Assembly: GCA_020630675.1 (NCBI GenBank)
Contig: JAHDIR010000006.1
Coordinates: 21,132 to 85,131 of the forward strand
DNA: 64,000 bases
Origin: Bdellovibrionales bacterium
GTDB lineage: Bacteria; Bdellovibrionota; Bdellovibrionia; Bdellovibrionales; UBA1609
Direction: 5' to 3'
In this document: one piece after another, positions 18,428 through 27,472 of the stretch
Layout: every line of letters begins with the position of its first letter
Position numbering within the stretch: the stretch's first letter is position 1
Notes under the pieces: generated by a model
Seen by the model: the letters and a program-made list of their open reading frames with translations, nothing else
The model's database searches: none
What the model was told of the DNA's origin: nothing
Position numbers and translations under genes: made by a program

Positions 18428-19681
18428 TTACCTTGAGCTGGAAATTAGCTGGGGGGTGACAATTAAGATCACCTTATAATTTTGATGACTTTGATCATTG
18501 GCCCCAAGTAGTCGACCTAATAGGGGAGTGTGGGCAAAAGGAGCGAGACCATTTTTGGTATGAGAAGATTTTTTTGAAGTGAGCCCTGTGACGACAATAC
18601 TCTGAGTATTTTTTGTGAAAATAGAAGTGTTTAGTTTTTTTATACGAATTCCTGGAATATTATTAATACTCATTTTGGCATCAGGGTAGGAGGCTTCGTA
18701 ATTCAGATTGAGCTTTATGGTTTCACCAGCAAGAAGTTTTGGTAAAAATTTAAAGCGAATGCCAAATGATTTCCAAGTGACTTGGCTATTGGTAAAACCA
18801 CTAGTTCTAATAGGAAGCTCACCTCCATCAGTGAATTCACATTCGTGGTTCACTTCACAAACTAAGCTGTTTTGAGAAAGTACACTAATGCTTCCTTTGC
18901 CGACGGCTTGATTGAGTGTTGTGGTCAAGCTAGAGAGGTCTTTAAATGAGCTCATAAGTTGAGCTTTAAAACTTCCTTCCCATGAAAGTCCCAAGGTTTC
19001 AGAGCTTGATTGACTAACTTCTGCAAAAGCCAAATTAAGTTTTATTTGTTTTGAGATTTGTTCTGCCTTATAGGTTTTCACCGGTACTCCTAATAAACCT
19101 AGGGCATAATCAAACTCTTGGTTTTGGTTGCCTTCCAAGCGATAAACCACTGGCTGCGGCTGAAATTTAAAATTGGGAATGAGTTGTGAATATTGTAGCA
19201 ATAAAGGTTTTAATTTTTTCTGGGCGATAAGTTGAACATCTGAATCCACATGGGCAGTCAGAGTGTAGGTGTGTTGTTTTTCTAGAGCCAGTTGATTGAG
19301 TTGCTGCCAGTCTTTCCAGCGATAAAGCTGACCAGAAATTTGAATTTGGTTATTGATGAAATTTGCTTTTAGCCCTTTCATTTTTTGAACAAGGTTTACA
19401 AAGTTTTTAAACAAATGAGAGTTTTGCTGAGATACGATTTGTAAATTATAAATGCGATCATGAGCTTTAATGGTGCAAAAGCCCTCTTGTTTGGCTTTTA
19501 TCTTTAATTGTAGCCCTTGATCTTGCCAAGAAATAATTTTGCCATTTGATATTTTAATAGGGTCGCTTTGATGAATGGGCAATAAAAGGTTTTGTCCGAC
19601 CTCAAGAACATAGTCTTTGGCAAAACTACAACTTAAAAAAAGAAAGGTTAAAGCTAGAGCAGTAAGAGTTTGTCTTGTCAT
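18428..19681 (-). CDS. cpaC: CpaC/RcpA-type secretin
   Basis: Signal peptide, an N-terminal pilus-N domain (LEVGQNLLLPI...IKISNGKIISW...GFCTIKA...YNLQIV), a C-terminal secretin domain and the typical end VILIVTPQLI. Confidence 0.75.
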   Translation of the reverse strand: MTRQTLTALALTFLFLSCSFAKDYVLEVGQNLLLPIHQSDPIKISNGKIISWQDQGLQLKIKAKQEGFCTIKAHDRIYNLQIVSQQNSHLFKNFVNLVQKMKGLKANFINNQIQISGQLYRWKDWQQLNQLALEKQHTYTLTAHVDSDVQLIAQKKLKPLLLQYSQLIPNFKFQPQPVVYRLEGNQNQEFDYALGLLGVPVKTYKAEQISKQIKLNLAFAEVSQSSSETLGLSWEGSFKAQLMSSFKDLSSLTTTLNQAVGKGSISVLSQNSLVCEVNHECEFTDGGELPIRTSGFTNSQVTWKSFGIRFKFLPKLLAGETIKLNLNYEASYPDAKMSINNIPGIRIKKLNTSIFTKNTQSIVVTGLTSKKSSHTKNGLAPFAHTPLLGRLLGANDQSHQNYKVILIVTPQLISSSR

Positions 19682-19805
19682 GATTGGTCAAATGATGCAA
19701 AAAAAGAGACCAGTAATTTTTTTGTTTCAGCTGCGGCTAAGTACTTTTGGTGTTCGCTTTTCGGACAGAAAAAAAATTAAAAAATTTTTAAATTCATTTA
19801 GAGCT

Positions 19806-20516
19806 TTAAGATCTTATGATGTATATGAGAGCGCCAATTAACAAAATAAGAATAACGCCCATGTTTTGCTTAGAGAAAAGCCCTTGTTCGGATTCACGGG
19901 CTTGGTAGTCAGGCTCTTCTTCGGTTAAAATCAGGTGGTTTGGGCTATTTTTATAGCCAGTCACTGAAGGAGTGGTCGTGCGCGTGCCTAAGGTGTCTTT
20001 ATTTGTAACGACTTTTAAGCTTGAAATAGCCCTCAAAAACTCATTCACATATAAAGTGTATTGGTCTTTATGAGAAGTGAAAGTGATTAAGATGCCAATA
20101 TTATTTTTAACTGTGGCTAAGTAGCGGGTGTAGTAGTTGGGAGCTTCGCTATTGTAGCTAAGACCGTCCACCCATGTGTGATTATTTATGTTTGTATTTT
20201 TAAGTTGTATCTTCTTGGATTTTAAAAACTTTTTGTTTTTTAAGTAGACACCAGGCTTTTGACTAATTTTTTTTGAATAGAAAGTCAGCGTGTCCTGAGG
20301 GCCAGCTTCTTTGGCGGCTAAAACAATCACCGCCGATTTATTTTTTTTTTCAAATTGGTTAGAACAGTTCCATGTGGTTTTTGTAAGCTGACAATTCCAC
20401 TTGGCGGGAAGTTCAAAACTCACAAAAGAATTTTTAAAAAGCTTTGCGGAAGAAGCCTGAGACCACAGACCGATAAGAATGAGACAGCAAAGGTATTTAA
20501 AAGAAACAAAAGGCAT
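19806..20516 (-). CDS. hypothetical exported protein with a C-terminal TM anchor
   Basis: Signal peptide (CCLILIGLWSQASSA) and a C-terminal helix (MGVILILLIGALIYII). The start overlaps the hpt stop by 1 nt (TAATG). Confidence 0.5.
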   Translation of the reverse strand: MPFVSFKYLCCLILIGLWSQASSAKLFKNSFVSFELPAKWNCQLTKTTWNCSNQFEKKNKSAVIVLAAKEAGPQDTLTFYSKKISQKPGVYLKNKKFLKSKKIQLKNTNINNHTWVDGLSYNSEAPNYYTRYLATVKNNIGILITFTSHKDQYTLYVNEFLRAISSLKVVTNKDTLGTRTTTPSVTGYKNSPNHLILTEEEPDYQARESEQGLFSKQNMGVILILLIGALIYIIRS

Positions 20517-21043
20517 TAATTTAAATTTTTAACTTGAGCAATATATGGAAGTGTTCGGAAGTATTGGTTGTAGTCTAAGCCATAACCCACCACAAACTCA
20601 TCTTTTATGGTAAAGCCAATATGATCAGGTTTAAAATCATTTTTTTGAGCTTCAGGTTTATGAAGTAAAGAAACAGTTGTGATGCTTTCAGGAGATCGTG
20701 TGTTTAATAGTTGTAATAAAGAGGCCATGGTTGTTCCTGTGTCGATGATATCTTCAACAAGCACGACATGTTTACCTTTGATATTTTGAGAGAGGTCTAA
20801 TGTCACTTTAACTTCTCCGGTGCTTTGGCTACCGCTGTAGCTAGATAAACCTAAAAAGTCACAGGCAAAGTCACAGTCGATTTCACGAATCAAGTCGGCA
20901 AAAAACATAAATGATCCATTTAAAACACAAACACATACAAGGTCTTTTCCTTGAAACTCTTTAGTGAGAGTTTTTCCAAGCTCAATCACACGCTCTTTGA
21001 TGTCGTCTTCACTGATAAGTTGAGATAATTTTATGTGTTCCAT
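20516..21043 (-). CDS. hpt: hypoxanthine phosphoribosyltransferase
   Basis: PRPP-binding motif VVLVEDIIDTGTT, about 175 aa, and the C-terminal GYGLDY motif. Confidence 0.9.
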   Translation of the reverse strand: MEHIKLSQLISEDDIKERVIELGKTLTKEFQGKDLVCVCVLNGSFMFFADLIREIDCDFACDFLGLSSYSGSQSTGEVKVTLDLSQNIKGKHVVLVEDIIDTGTTMASLLQLLNTRSPESITTVSLLHKPEAQKNDFKPDHIGFTIKDEFVVGYGLDYNQYFRTLPYIAQVKNLN

Positions 21044-21145
21044 AGGGCCTTCCTTAAAAAAATGAATATCACTAATTATTAATATTAAATGGGAAAAAAG
21101 CCAATGAAATTTTCAAATCAATCTAGGCATCTTTAATGGTCAAAA

Positions 21146-22120
21146 TCAATTAAAAGTGAGTACAGCAATGAGCTCTGATTTGTACTCCAAAAATAAAGGA
21201 GAGCTCAGAACACTAAGAGGTGAAGAAGAGTTATAACTATCTTCCAGAAAAGAAAGAGGAACTTCAAAATGAGGAAGTTTAACCTTGATAAGAACAGTTT
21301 TAGAGGAAGAGACCTCGAAACTTCTAGCCCAATCAAAGCTATTTCCTGGCCCTTCTTTTTGAGGAATATTACCCTCCACGCGAAGGTTAAGTTCGACCTG
21401 ACCAGTTTCTGAGAGGTTACGAACTTTTTTAATAGAAAACTTAATTCCCTTAGGAGAAGAGTCATCAAGGGGTTCGTTCATAAAGTTGAGTTGAGCTTTC
21501 TTGTCGTCTTTAAAGGCCCAAAGAAGTTCTCCAGGTAAGGGGCTGGCCTCTAGAGCGCCTAGATCTAAGCTTTTACTATCAACAATTAAAAGTGAAATTG
21601 TGCTGGAGATATTTTTAAAGAGGTTACCAACTTGCTCTGAGCCGAGCTCAAAAAACTGAAGACGAGTTTGAGAGGGAAGCTTAAGGTTTTTTGTTTTTTC
21701 AGAAGGAGTTGGGTCTTCGGCAGCAAGAGCTTTTGGTTTTGTCTCATCAGGCTTTGGTGTTTTTTTTGTGGCTAGGGGGCTAACTACTTTTAGCTTTTGT
21801 GTAGTTTGCACAATGTTTTTTTTTGCTGAGGCACTGGCTGTGGAGTTTTGGGAAACAGGCTCTGGAGTTTCGTCTAAAGATGAAGTTTCATTGCTAGAAG
21901 CCTGGACTTCAGTTGAGTCTATGGGAGCTGGCTGGTTGATAATGACAAAAAAAGCAGCCAAGGCAAAGATAAGAGCCGAAGTAATCTGAAAGTAGGGGTC
22001 TTTTAAGAGTCGAATCCAAGCAGGAGGCTTAACCGGTTGATACTTTTCAATATTAATCCCGCAGTTAGCGCAGTAAACGTCTCTAGGTTGTGTAAATCCG
22101 CATTTGGCGCAAACAATCAT
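21146..22120 (-). CDS. zinc-ribbon membrane protein
   Basis: N-terminal CxxC...CxxC (MIVCAKCGFTQPRDVYCANCG), one TM helix, a low-complexity S/T/P/K linker and a C-terminal globular region. Confidence 0.55.
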   Translation of the reverse strand: MIVCAKCGFTQPRDVYCANCGINIEKYQPVKPPAWIRLLKDPYFQITSALIFALAAFFVIINQPAPIDSTEVQASSNETSSLDETPEPVSQNSTASASAKKNIVQTTQKLKVVSPLATKKTPKPDETKPKALAAEDPTPSEKTKNLKLPSQTRLQFFELGSEQVGNLFKNISSTISLLIVDSKSLDLGALEASPLPGELLWAFKDDKKAQLNFMNEPLDDSSPKGIKFSIKKVRNLSETGQVELNLRVEGNIPQKEGPGNSFDWARSFEVSSSKTVLIKVKLPHFEVPLSFLEDSYNSSSPLSVLSSPLFLEYKSELIAVLTFN

Positions 22121-22253
22121 TTTTTTACCTAAGTTCTTTTCCAGAAAAAGAATGTGATTTAGTAGGTTTTAGACGCGTTACATTAGTCTAACATATAAGT
22201 TAGATGAGAGCCTAGGTTAATTAACCAGACTTGATGCGCAGCGCCTATGTGTT

Positions 22254-22290
22254 AAAGTGGAATAAAGTGGAACAAACTGGAGAAACACTG
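22254..22290 (+). promoter_or_regulatory. putative MraZ operator: three direct repeats with an exact 10-bp period immediately upstream of mraZ
   Basis: AAAGTGG at 22254-22260, AAAGTGG at 22264-22270 and AAACTGG at 22274-22280, with a possible degenerate fourth unit at 22284-22290. The third box overlaps the GGAG Shine-Dalgarno (22279-22282), 13 nt before ATG 22296. Confidence 0.55.
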
Positions 22291-22295
22291 AGCCG

Positions 22296-22769
22296 ATGGC
22301 TGCCAAGCTGAAAGATAAATTTTTTAGAGGTCGCTTTAACTGTCGTATTAATGATAAAGGTCGCCTCAGTTTACCCGCTGCTTTTAGAGAAAATGTCGAC
22401 TTTAAAAACCTGATCATTACCAATAGTCTTTGTCAGGGAAAAAAATGCTTAGATGTATATTCTCTTAAGCAATGGACTCAGCTTGAAAGTGATATTGCAA
22501 AACTTCCAAGGCTAAGACCTGAGGTTCAAGCCTATCAAAGATTTTATATTGCCGGTGGCTTAGAAGTAAAGTTGGACAGTCAATTTCGCATGCTTATTCC
22601 ACAAAGCTTGCGTCAGTTTGCTGGCCTCAAAGATGAGGTCATGGTGGTGGGCTTAGGCGGAAAGTTTGAGCTTTGGTCAACAGAGCGTTGGAGTGAACTT
22701 TATGAAAATGCGAGCGCAAATTTTGAAAACATAGTGGGTATAGTTTCAGGGCTTTTAGATGAAAAATAA
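22296..22769 (+). CDS. mraZ: transcriptional regulator MraZ
   Basis: Two SpoVT/AbrB-like halves with DxxxR motifs (NDKGRLSLPAAFR and DSQFRMLIPQSLR). First gene of the dcw cluster. Confidence 0.95.
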   Translation: MAAKLKDKFFRGRFNCRINDKGRLSLPAAFRENVDFKNLIITNSLCQGKKCLDVYSLKQWTQLESDIAKLPRLRPEVQAYQRFYIAGGLEVKLDSQFRMLIPQSLRQFAGLKDEVMVVGLGGKFELWSTERWSELYENASANFENIVGIVSGLLDEK

Positions 22770-23682
22770 CTTAGAATTACATCAGCCGGTTTTACTTGAA
22801 GAAGTCTTATCGTTTATTAAAGATAAGCCTTTAGAGAATCCGAGTTACTTAGATGCCACTTTTGGCCGTGGTGGTCACGCCTTAGAGGTCAATCAACTTT
22901 TCTCTAATTTAAAAATTATTGGCGTCGATCAAGATAGTGAAGCCATTTCTTATGGCAAAGAGCTTTTTCAAAAAAAAATCTCAGCTGGTGACCTTCAGTT
23001 TATTCATTCAAATTTTAGTGAAATTAAAAATTATAAAGAGCAAATTAAAAATTTTCTCGGAAAGGGTTTGGTCTCGTATATTTTAGCCGATCTAGGAGTG
23101 AGCTCTCCCCAGCTTGATGATGCAAGGAGAGGTTTTAGCTTTTATAAAAATGGCCCTTTAGATATGAGAATGAATGACCAAGAGGGTATCACAGCAAGTG
23201 ATATAATAAACAATTGGTCAGCTGAGGACCTAGTGTCTTTATTTATAGAAAAAGGAGAGGTGCGCCGACCTCAAAGAATAGTTGATAAAATCATTGAACG
23301 ACGAAAAGAAAAGCCATTTAAAACTACGGATGACCTTTCTGTATTTATTGAAAAGTGCTTAGGGTGGAGAAAAAAAGGTCAGCATCCTGCCACTCAGTTT
23401 TTTTTAGCCTTACGTTTAGAAGTCAACCAAGAATTAGAAGTCATTGAATCAACTATTGAAGATTTTCTTGATTTACTAGAACCAGGTGGTCGTCTGTTGG
23501 TGATCACTTTTCATTCACTTGAAGATCGTATTGTAAAATATAAATTTAAAGAAATGGCTGAAACGAAGGGGACGATTTTAACTAAAAAAGTAGTGCAGCC
23601 TTCTTGGCAGCAAAAAAAGAAAAACAAAAGAGCAAGAAGTGCTAAATTACGAGTTTTTGAAAGGGGAGACTATGTCGAGTAA
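22759..23682 (+). CDS. rsmH: 16S rRNA (cytosine1402-N4)-methyltransferase
   Basis: HQPVLLEEV, DATFGRGGH, GVDQD and ADLGVSSPQLD motifs. Confidence 0.95.
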   Translation: MKNNLELHQPVLLEEVLSFIKDKPLENPSYLDATFGRGGHALEVNQLFSNLKIIGVDQDSEAISYGKELFQKKISAGDLQFIHSNFSEIKNYKEQIKNFLGKGLVSYILADLGVSSPQLDDARRGFSFYKNGPLDMRMNDQEGITASDIINNWSAEDLVSLFIEKGEVRRPQRIVDKIIERRKEKPFKTTDDLSVFIEKCLGWRKKGQHPATQFFLALRLEVNQELEVIESTIEDFLDLLEPGGRLLVITFHSLEDRIVKYKFKEMAETKGTILTKKVVQPSWQQKKKNKRARSAKLRVFERGDYVE

Positions 23683-23971
23683 AAGTATATCAGAATTAAA
23701 ACCGTTCATGAGTGTAATTATTATTATTTTAACTCTTTTTAGTTTAGTCTTTTTTAAAATGGAAGGGCGGCGATTGGGTTATCATATGTTAAAGCAAGTT
23801 CAAGACTATAAAACCATGCAAGACTTACATCGTTTAAAAGTGATTGAGTACGCTCGTTTGACTAGCCCTGACCGATTGAGAAGTCTAGCTAAGACAAAAC
23901 TAACTTTATCTGAGGCCGAGTTGGGTCAAATTATTCAAATTTCAGGGGAGAGTATCGCATTAAAGCAGTAG
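23672..23971 (+). CDS. ftsL: FtsL-like cell division protein
   Basis: About 100-aa bitopic protein (TM VIIIILTLFSLVFF) followed by a coiled coil, in the canonical position between rsmH and ftsI. ATG 23672 is preceded by AAGGGGAG. Confidence 0.7.
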   Translation: MSSKSISELKPFMSVIIIILTLFSLVFFKMEGRRLGYHMLKQVQDYKTMQDLHRLKVIEYARLTSPDRLRSLAKTKLTLSEAELGQIIQISGESIALKQ

Positions 23972-24015
23972 TCGTTAAACCCAGAGTTGTTGTTATTTTT
24001 TTAGCTCTCGCTATT

Positions 24016-25929
24016 TTGTGGGGAGCTGTTATATTTAGAGCTGCCGTTGTACAGGTTTTACCCAATCAAAGAATGGCTCAAATTAAAAAGCGTCAATTTA
24101 ATAAAACGGTCACTTTAAATTCTCGTCGTGGCGCTATTTATGATCGTCATCAAAAAGAATTAGCTGTAACGGTCACCTCTTACTCTATTTACGCTGACCC
24201 TAAAATTATTAAACACCCAAAGAAAACGTCAAAAATTTTAGGTAAAATTTTAAAAATACCTCGCTCTAAAATTTATAAAAAAATTAAAAATAAAAAAAGA
24301 CGATTTGTTTGGCTCAAAAGAAGAACGTCTCCCGAGGTAAAGAAAAGAGTGAGCTTAGCAAAGCTCAGAGGAATTTCTGTTATAGAAGAGCCGAAAAGAA
24401 TTTATCCCAGTGGTCGTCTACTTTCTCAAACCATCGGGTTTGTTGGTTCGGAAGACCAAGGGTTAGAAGGGCTGGAGCTTAAGTTAGATCAATCTTTAAA
24501 AGGTGATGAGCGTAAAATAAGACTTAACCGAGATGCTAGAGGGCGGCCTTTATTATTAAGTGGCCAGTTTTTTACCGAAAATCAAGACGGAATTGATTAT
24601 ACTTTAACCATTGATAGTGAGCTTCAATACAAGCTTGAAGCCGAGTTGATTTCGGCCGTTGATCGTTTTCAAGCCGACTCTGCTGTGGGAGTTATACTAG
24701 ATGCGGAAACTTCAGAAGTTTTGTCTATAGCGAATGTCCCTACTTTTAATGTCAATAAGCCCTTTCGTTCCAAAGCCGGCGATCGAAGAAATAGAGCCTT
24801 AACCGATGCTTTCGAGCCAGGTAGTACTTTAAAAACTTTTGTTGTGGCCGGAGCTATTGCTGGCAGTGGTTACCAACCCAATACAAAAGTAAATTGTGAA
24901 AATGGAAAGTTTAAAGTGGGTGGGCGTACTGTTCGTGAAGCCGATGCGGGACATAGCTTTGAAACCCTGACTGTCAGTGAAGTGCTGGCTAAATCATCCA
25001 ATATTGGTGTTGCAAAAATGGCTTTAAAAATGGGTGATAAAAAAGTTCGAAACATATTATCTAACTTTGGTTTTGGAGAAAAAACTGGTGTTTTGTTTCC
25101 TGGGGAGTCCAGTGGAATTTTAAAAAAATTGCCTTGGCGCCCTCACTTACTGAGTAATATTTCTTTTGGACATGGGGTAACAACAACGCCTTTGCAAATG
25201 GCTTCGGCTTATGCCTCAATAGCTAATGGTGGTGTTTTAAAGCGTCCGACATTAGTTAAGAGTAGTTATAACCACTCCACAGGTAAAACAGAGGAGTTTA
25301 AATCCGAGGTGATTCGTCGAGTTTTAACAAAAGAAGATGCAGCCACCATGAGGTTAATGTTGATGTCGACGACAAATTCCTCAGGAACGGGCTTTAATGC
25401 GCGAATTCATGGTTTTCCTGTGGCAGGTAAAACAGGAACAGCTCAGAAAGCCTCCCCAAAGGGCGGCTATATGAAGGGAGGTTATGTGGCCAGTTTTGCT
25501 GGGTTTGTTCCAGCCAATAACCCGAAGTATGTCATTTACATTGCTGTTGATCACCCTCGTTTAAAGTATTATGGCTCTGAAGTGGCGGCCCCTATTTTTG
25601 CAAAAGTAGCTAGCTTTGCTGTTTTAAAAGAAGGCTTGCCTCCTGTACTTTTGAGCTCTGAAGATATTATTAGTAAAAAAGAGAACTCTTGGGAAGATGA
25701 CCAAAAAAGAGCTTTGCGCAAGATTGCTCAAACCTCATCAACAACAGAAAAAAATAAGCTTTCGCATATGCCTATTTTAGAAGGTTTAAGCTTGAGAGAG
25801 GTTTATAGAAAGCTTGAAGGTCAGGGGCTTAAAATCAAAGTGAATGGGTCTGGACGAGTTGTAAAAACCTGGCCTCAGCCGGGGGACCAAATTGCTAAAG
25901 ACCGCAAAGTACGAGTGAAGTTGAAGTAA
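24016..25929 (+). CDS. ftsI: peptidoglycan D,D-transpeptidase FtsI (PBP3) with a C-terminal PASTA-like domain
   Basis: SxxK GSTLKTF, SxN KSSNIG and KTG GKTGTA. The last ~60 aa (MPILEGLSLREVYRKLEGQGLKIKVNGSGRVV...VRVKL) look like a PASTA domain. The start is uncertain; see findings. Confidence 0.9.
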   Translation: MWGAVIFRAAVVQVLPNQRMAQIKKRQFNKTVTLNSRRGAIYDRHQKELAVTVTSYSIYADPKIIKHPKKTSKILGKILKIPRSKIYKKIKNKKRRFVWLKRRTSPEVKKRVSLAKLRGISVIEEPKRIYPSGRLLSQTIGFVGSEDQGLEGLELKLDQSLKGDERKIRLNRDARGRPLLLSGQFFTENQDGIDYTLTIDSELQYKLEAELISAVDRFQADSAVGVILDAETSEVLSIANVPTFNVNKPFRSKAGDRRNRALTDAFEPGSTLKTFVVAGAIAGSGYQPNTKVNCENGKFKVGGRTVREADAGHSFETLTVSEVLAKSSNIGVAKMALKMGDKKVRNILSNFGFGEKTGVLFPGESSGILKKLPWRPHLLSNISFGHGVTTTPLQMASAYASIANGGVLKRPTLVKSSYNHSTGKTEEFKSEVIRRVLTKEDAATMRLMLMSTTNSSGTGFNARIHGFPVAGKTGTAQKASPKGGYMKGGYVASFAGFVPANNPKYVIYIAVDHPRLKYYGSEVAAPIFAKVASFAVLKEGLPPVLLSSEDIISKKENSWEDDQKRALRKIAQTSSTTEKNKLSHMPILEGLSLREVYRKLEGQGLKIKVNGSGRVVKTWPQPGDQIAKDRKVRVKLK

Positions 25930-25981
25930 ATATTATTTGTTGCATCTTGCTTCCTCTGATTTCAGCTGGCAACCTAGGCCC

Positions 25982-27472
25982 ATGAATCATTCTTGCGATA
26001 AATTCCTCACAGACTTAAAAGCTAAAGTGGTGTGCCAAGGGCCGGGGCACTTAAATGATTTATTTTACACAGATGTCACTAGTGACTCTCGACAAGTAAC
26101 AGCTCACTCTTTATTTGTTGCCGTCAAAGGGACAAACTTTGATGGACATGATTTTTTAGAGGCTGCGGCCAAAGTTTCTCAACTTCTTATTGTCGAAGAA
26201 GAAAATAAAATTCCTAGCGACTTTAACGGCTGGGCCTTTAAAGTGGCATCTACTCAAAGTGTTTTTGCTCAACTTTGCTCGCAAGTTTATTCCCCTGGAG
26301 CCCAAAAACTTAAATTTTTAGGCGTCACAGGTACGAATGGCAAAACCAGCACCACTTATATGCTAGAATCTCTTTTGTCTCATCATGGTCAAAAAGTGGG
26401 AGTATTAGGCACCAATAATCATCGTTTACAAAATACAATTTGGGAAAGTCAGTTAACAACTCCTGGTCCTAAAGTTTTACATCAACGATTACAAGAAATG
26501 TATGATCTTGGAGCTCAATATGTTGCGATGGAAGTTTCTAGCCATGCTTTGCATCAGGGGCGTGTCGATGGCTTGCAATATGATGTTGCTATTTTTACTA
26601 ATTTAAGCCTAGATCATCTCGATTACCATAAAACTTGGCAGCAGTATTATGAGGCCAAAAAAATTCTTTTTACATCTCGTTTAAAAAATACCGCCATTTC
26701 AATTATTAATGGCGATGATGAGCATGGTTTTCAAATAAACCCCTCACATGGTGTAAAATATTTGTTTGGACAACAAAAACATAACGATTTTATTTTTAAA
26801 ATTATTCAACAAGATCTGTCAGGCAGTCATGTTCAGTTTTCTTTTCAAAACCAAAGCTACTCTTTTTTTCTACCGATTGTTGGCGTACATAATGTTTATA
26901 ATGTGATGGGAGCTTTAATTGCGGCTTGGGCCTTAGGTTATTCTTTAGAAAAACTCATGCCTGCCACAGAGAGCATACGGGGAATCCCTGGTCGCTTAGA
27001 GCCTGTGAAAAATAATAAAAATTTGAGTGTATTTGTCGATTACGCCCACACCCCTGATGCTTTAGCAAAAGTCCTAAGCTTATTGCATGACGTAAAAAAA
27101 CAGCTGGCTAAAGTTCCGCAAATTATTACCGTTTTTGGTTGTGGCGGTGATCGAGATAAGTCAAAACGCCCTCTCATGATGCAAGAAGCTCAAAGGTATT
27201 CTGATGTTGTGATAGTGACTTCTGATAACCCTCGAACAGAAAATCCCAAGGCCATCCTTCAAGATATTTTGCAAGGACAAGTTCCTTGTGGAAAACAGTT
27301 AATAGTTCATGAGCTTCGGCAAGAGGCTTTACAGCAAGCCGTAAATATAGCGCAGCCAGGAGATATTATTTTAGTGGCCGGAAAAGGACATGAAAATTAT
27401 CAAATTATCGGCACCGAAAAAAAGCCATTTAGTGATCAAGCAATTTTAAAAGAGGCTCTTCATGAAAGTTAA
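25982..27472 (+). CDS. murE: UDP-N-acetylmuramoyl-L-alanyl-D-glutamate--2,6-diaminopimelate ligase
   Basis: GVTGTNGKTS P-loop and the DNPR motif (TSDNPRTENP), characteristic of meso-DAP-adding MurE. TTG 25937 is an alternative start. Confidence 0.93.
   Translation: MNHSCDKFLTDLKAKVVCQGPGHLNDLFYTDVTSDSRQVTAHSLFVAVKGTNFDGHDFLEAAAKVSQLLIVEEENKIPSDFNGWAFKVASTQSVFAQLCSQVYSPGAQKLKFLGVTGTNGKTSTTYMLESLLSHHGQKVGVLGTNNHRLQNTIWESQLTTPGPKVLHQRLQEMYDLGAQYVAMEVSSHALHQGRVDGLQYDVAIFTNLSLDHLDYHKTWQQYYEAKKILFTSRLKNTAISIINGDDEHGFQINPSHGVKYLFGQQKHNDFIFKIIQQDLSGSHVQFSFQNQSYSFFLPIVGVHNVYNVMGALIAAWALGYSLEKLMPATESIRGIPGRLEPVKNNKNLSVFVDYAHTPDALAKVLSLLHDVKKQLAKVPQIITVFGCGGDRDKSKRPLMMQEAQRYSDVVIVTSDNPRTENPKAILQDILQGQVPCGKQLIVHELRQEALQQAVNIAQPGDIILVAGKGHENYQIIGTEKKPFSDQAILKEALHES

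Noticed and set aside
21205-21989. Alternative-frame ORFs (87 aa on the minus strand, 73 aa on the plus strand) within the zinc-ribbon protein gene
   Set aside because: They are nested in the longer 324-aa ORF, which has a coherent zinc-ribbon, TM and domain architecture. The nested ORFs have no features of their own.
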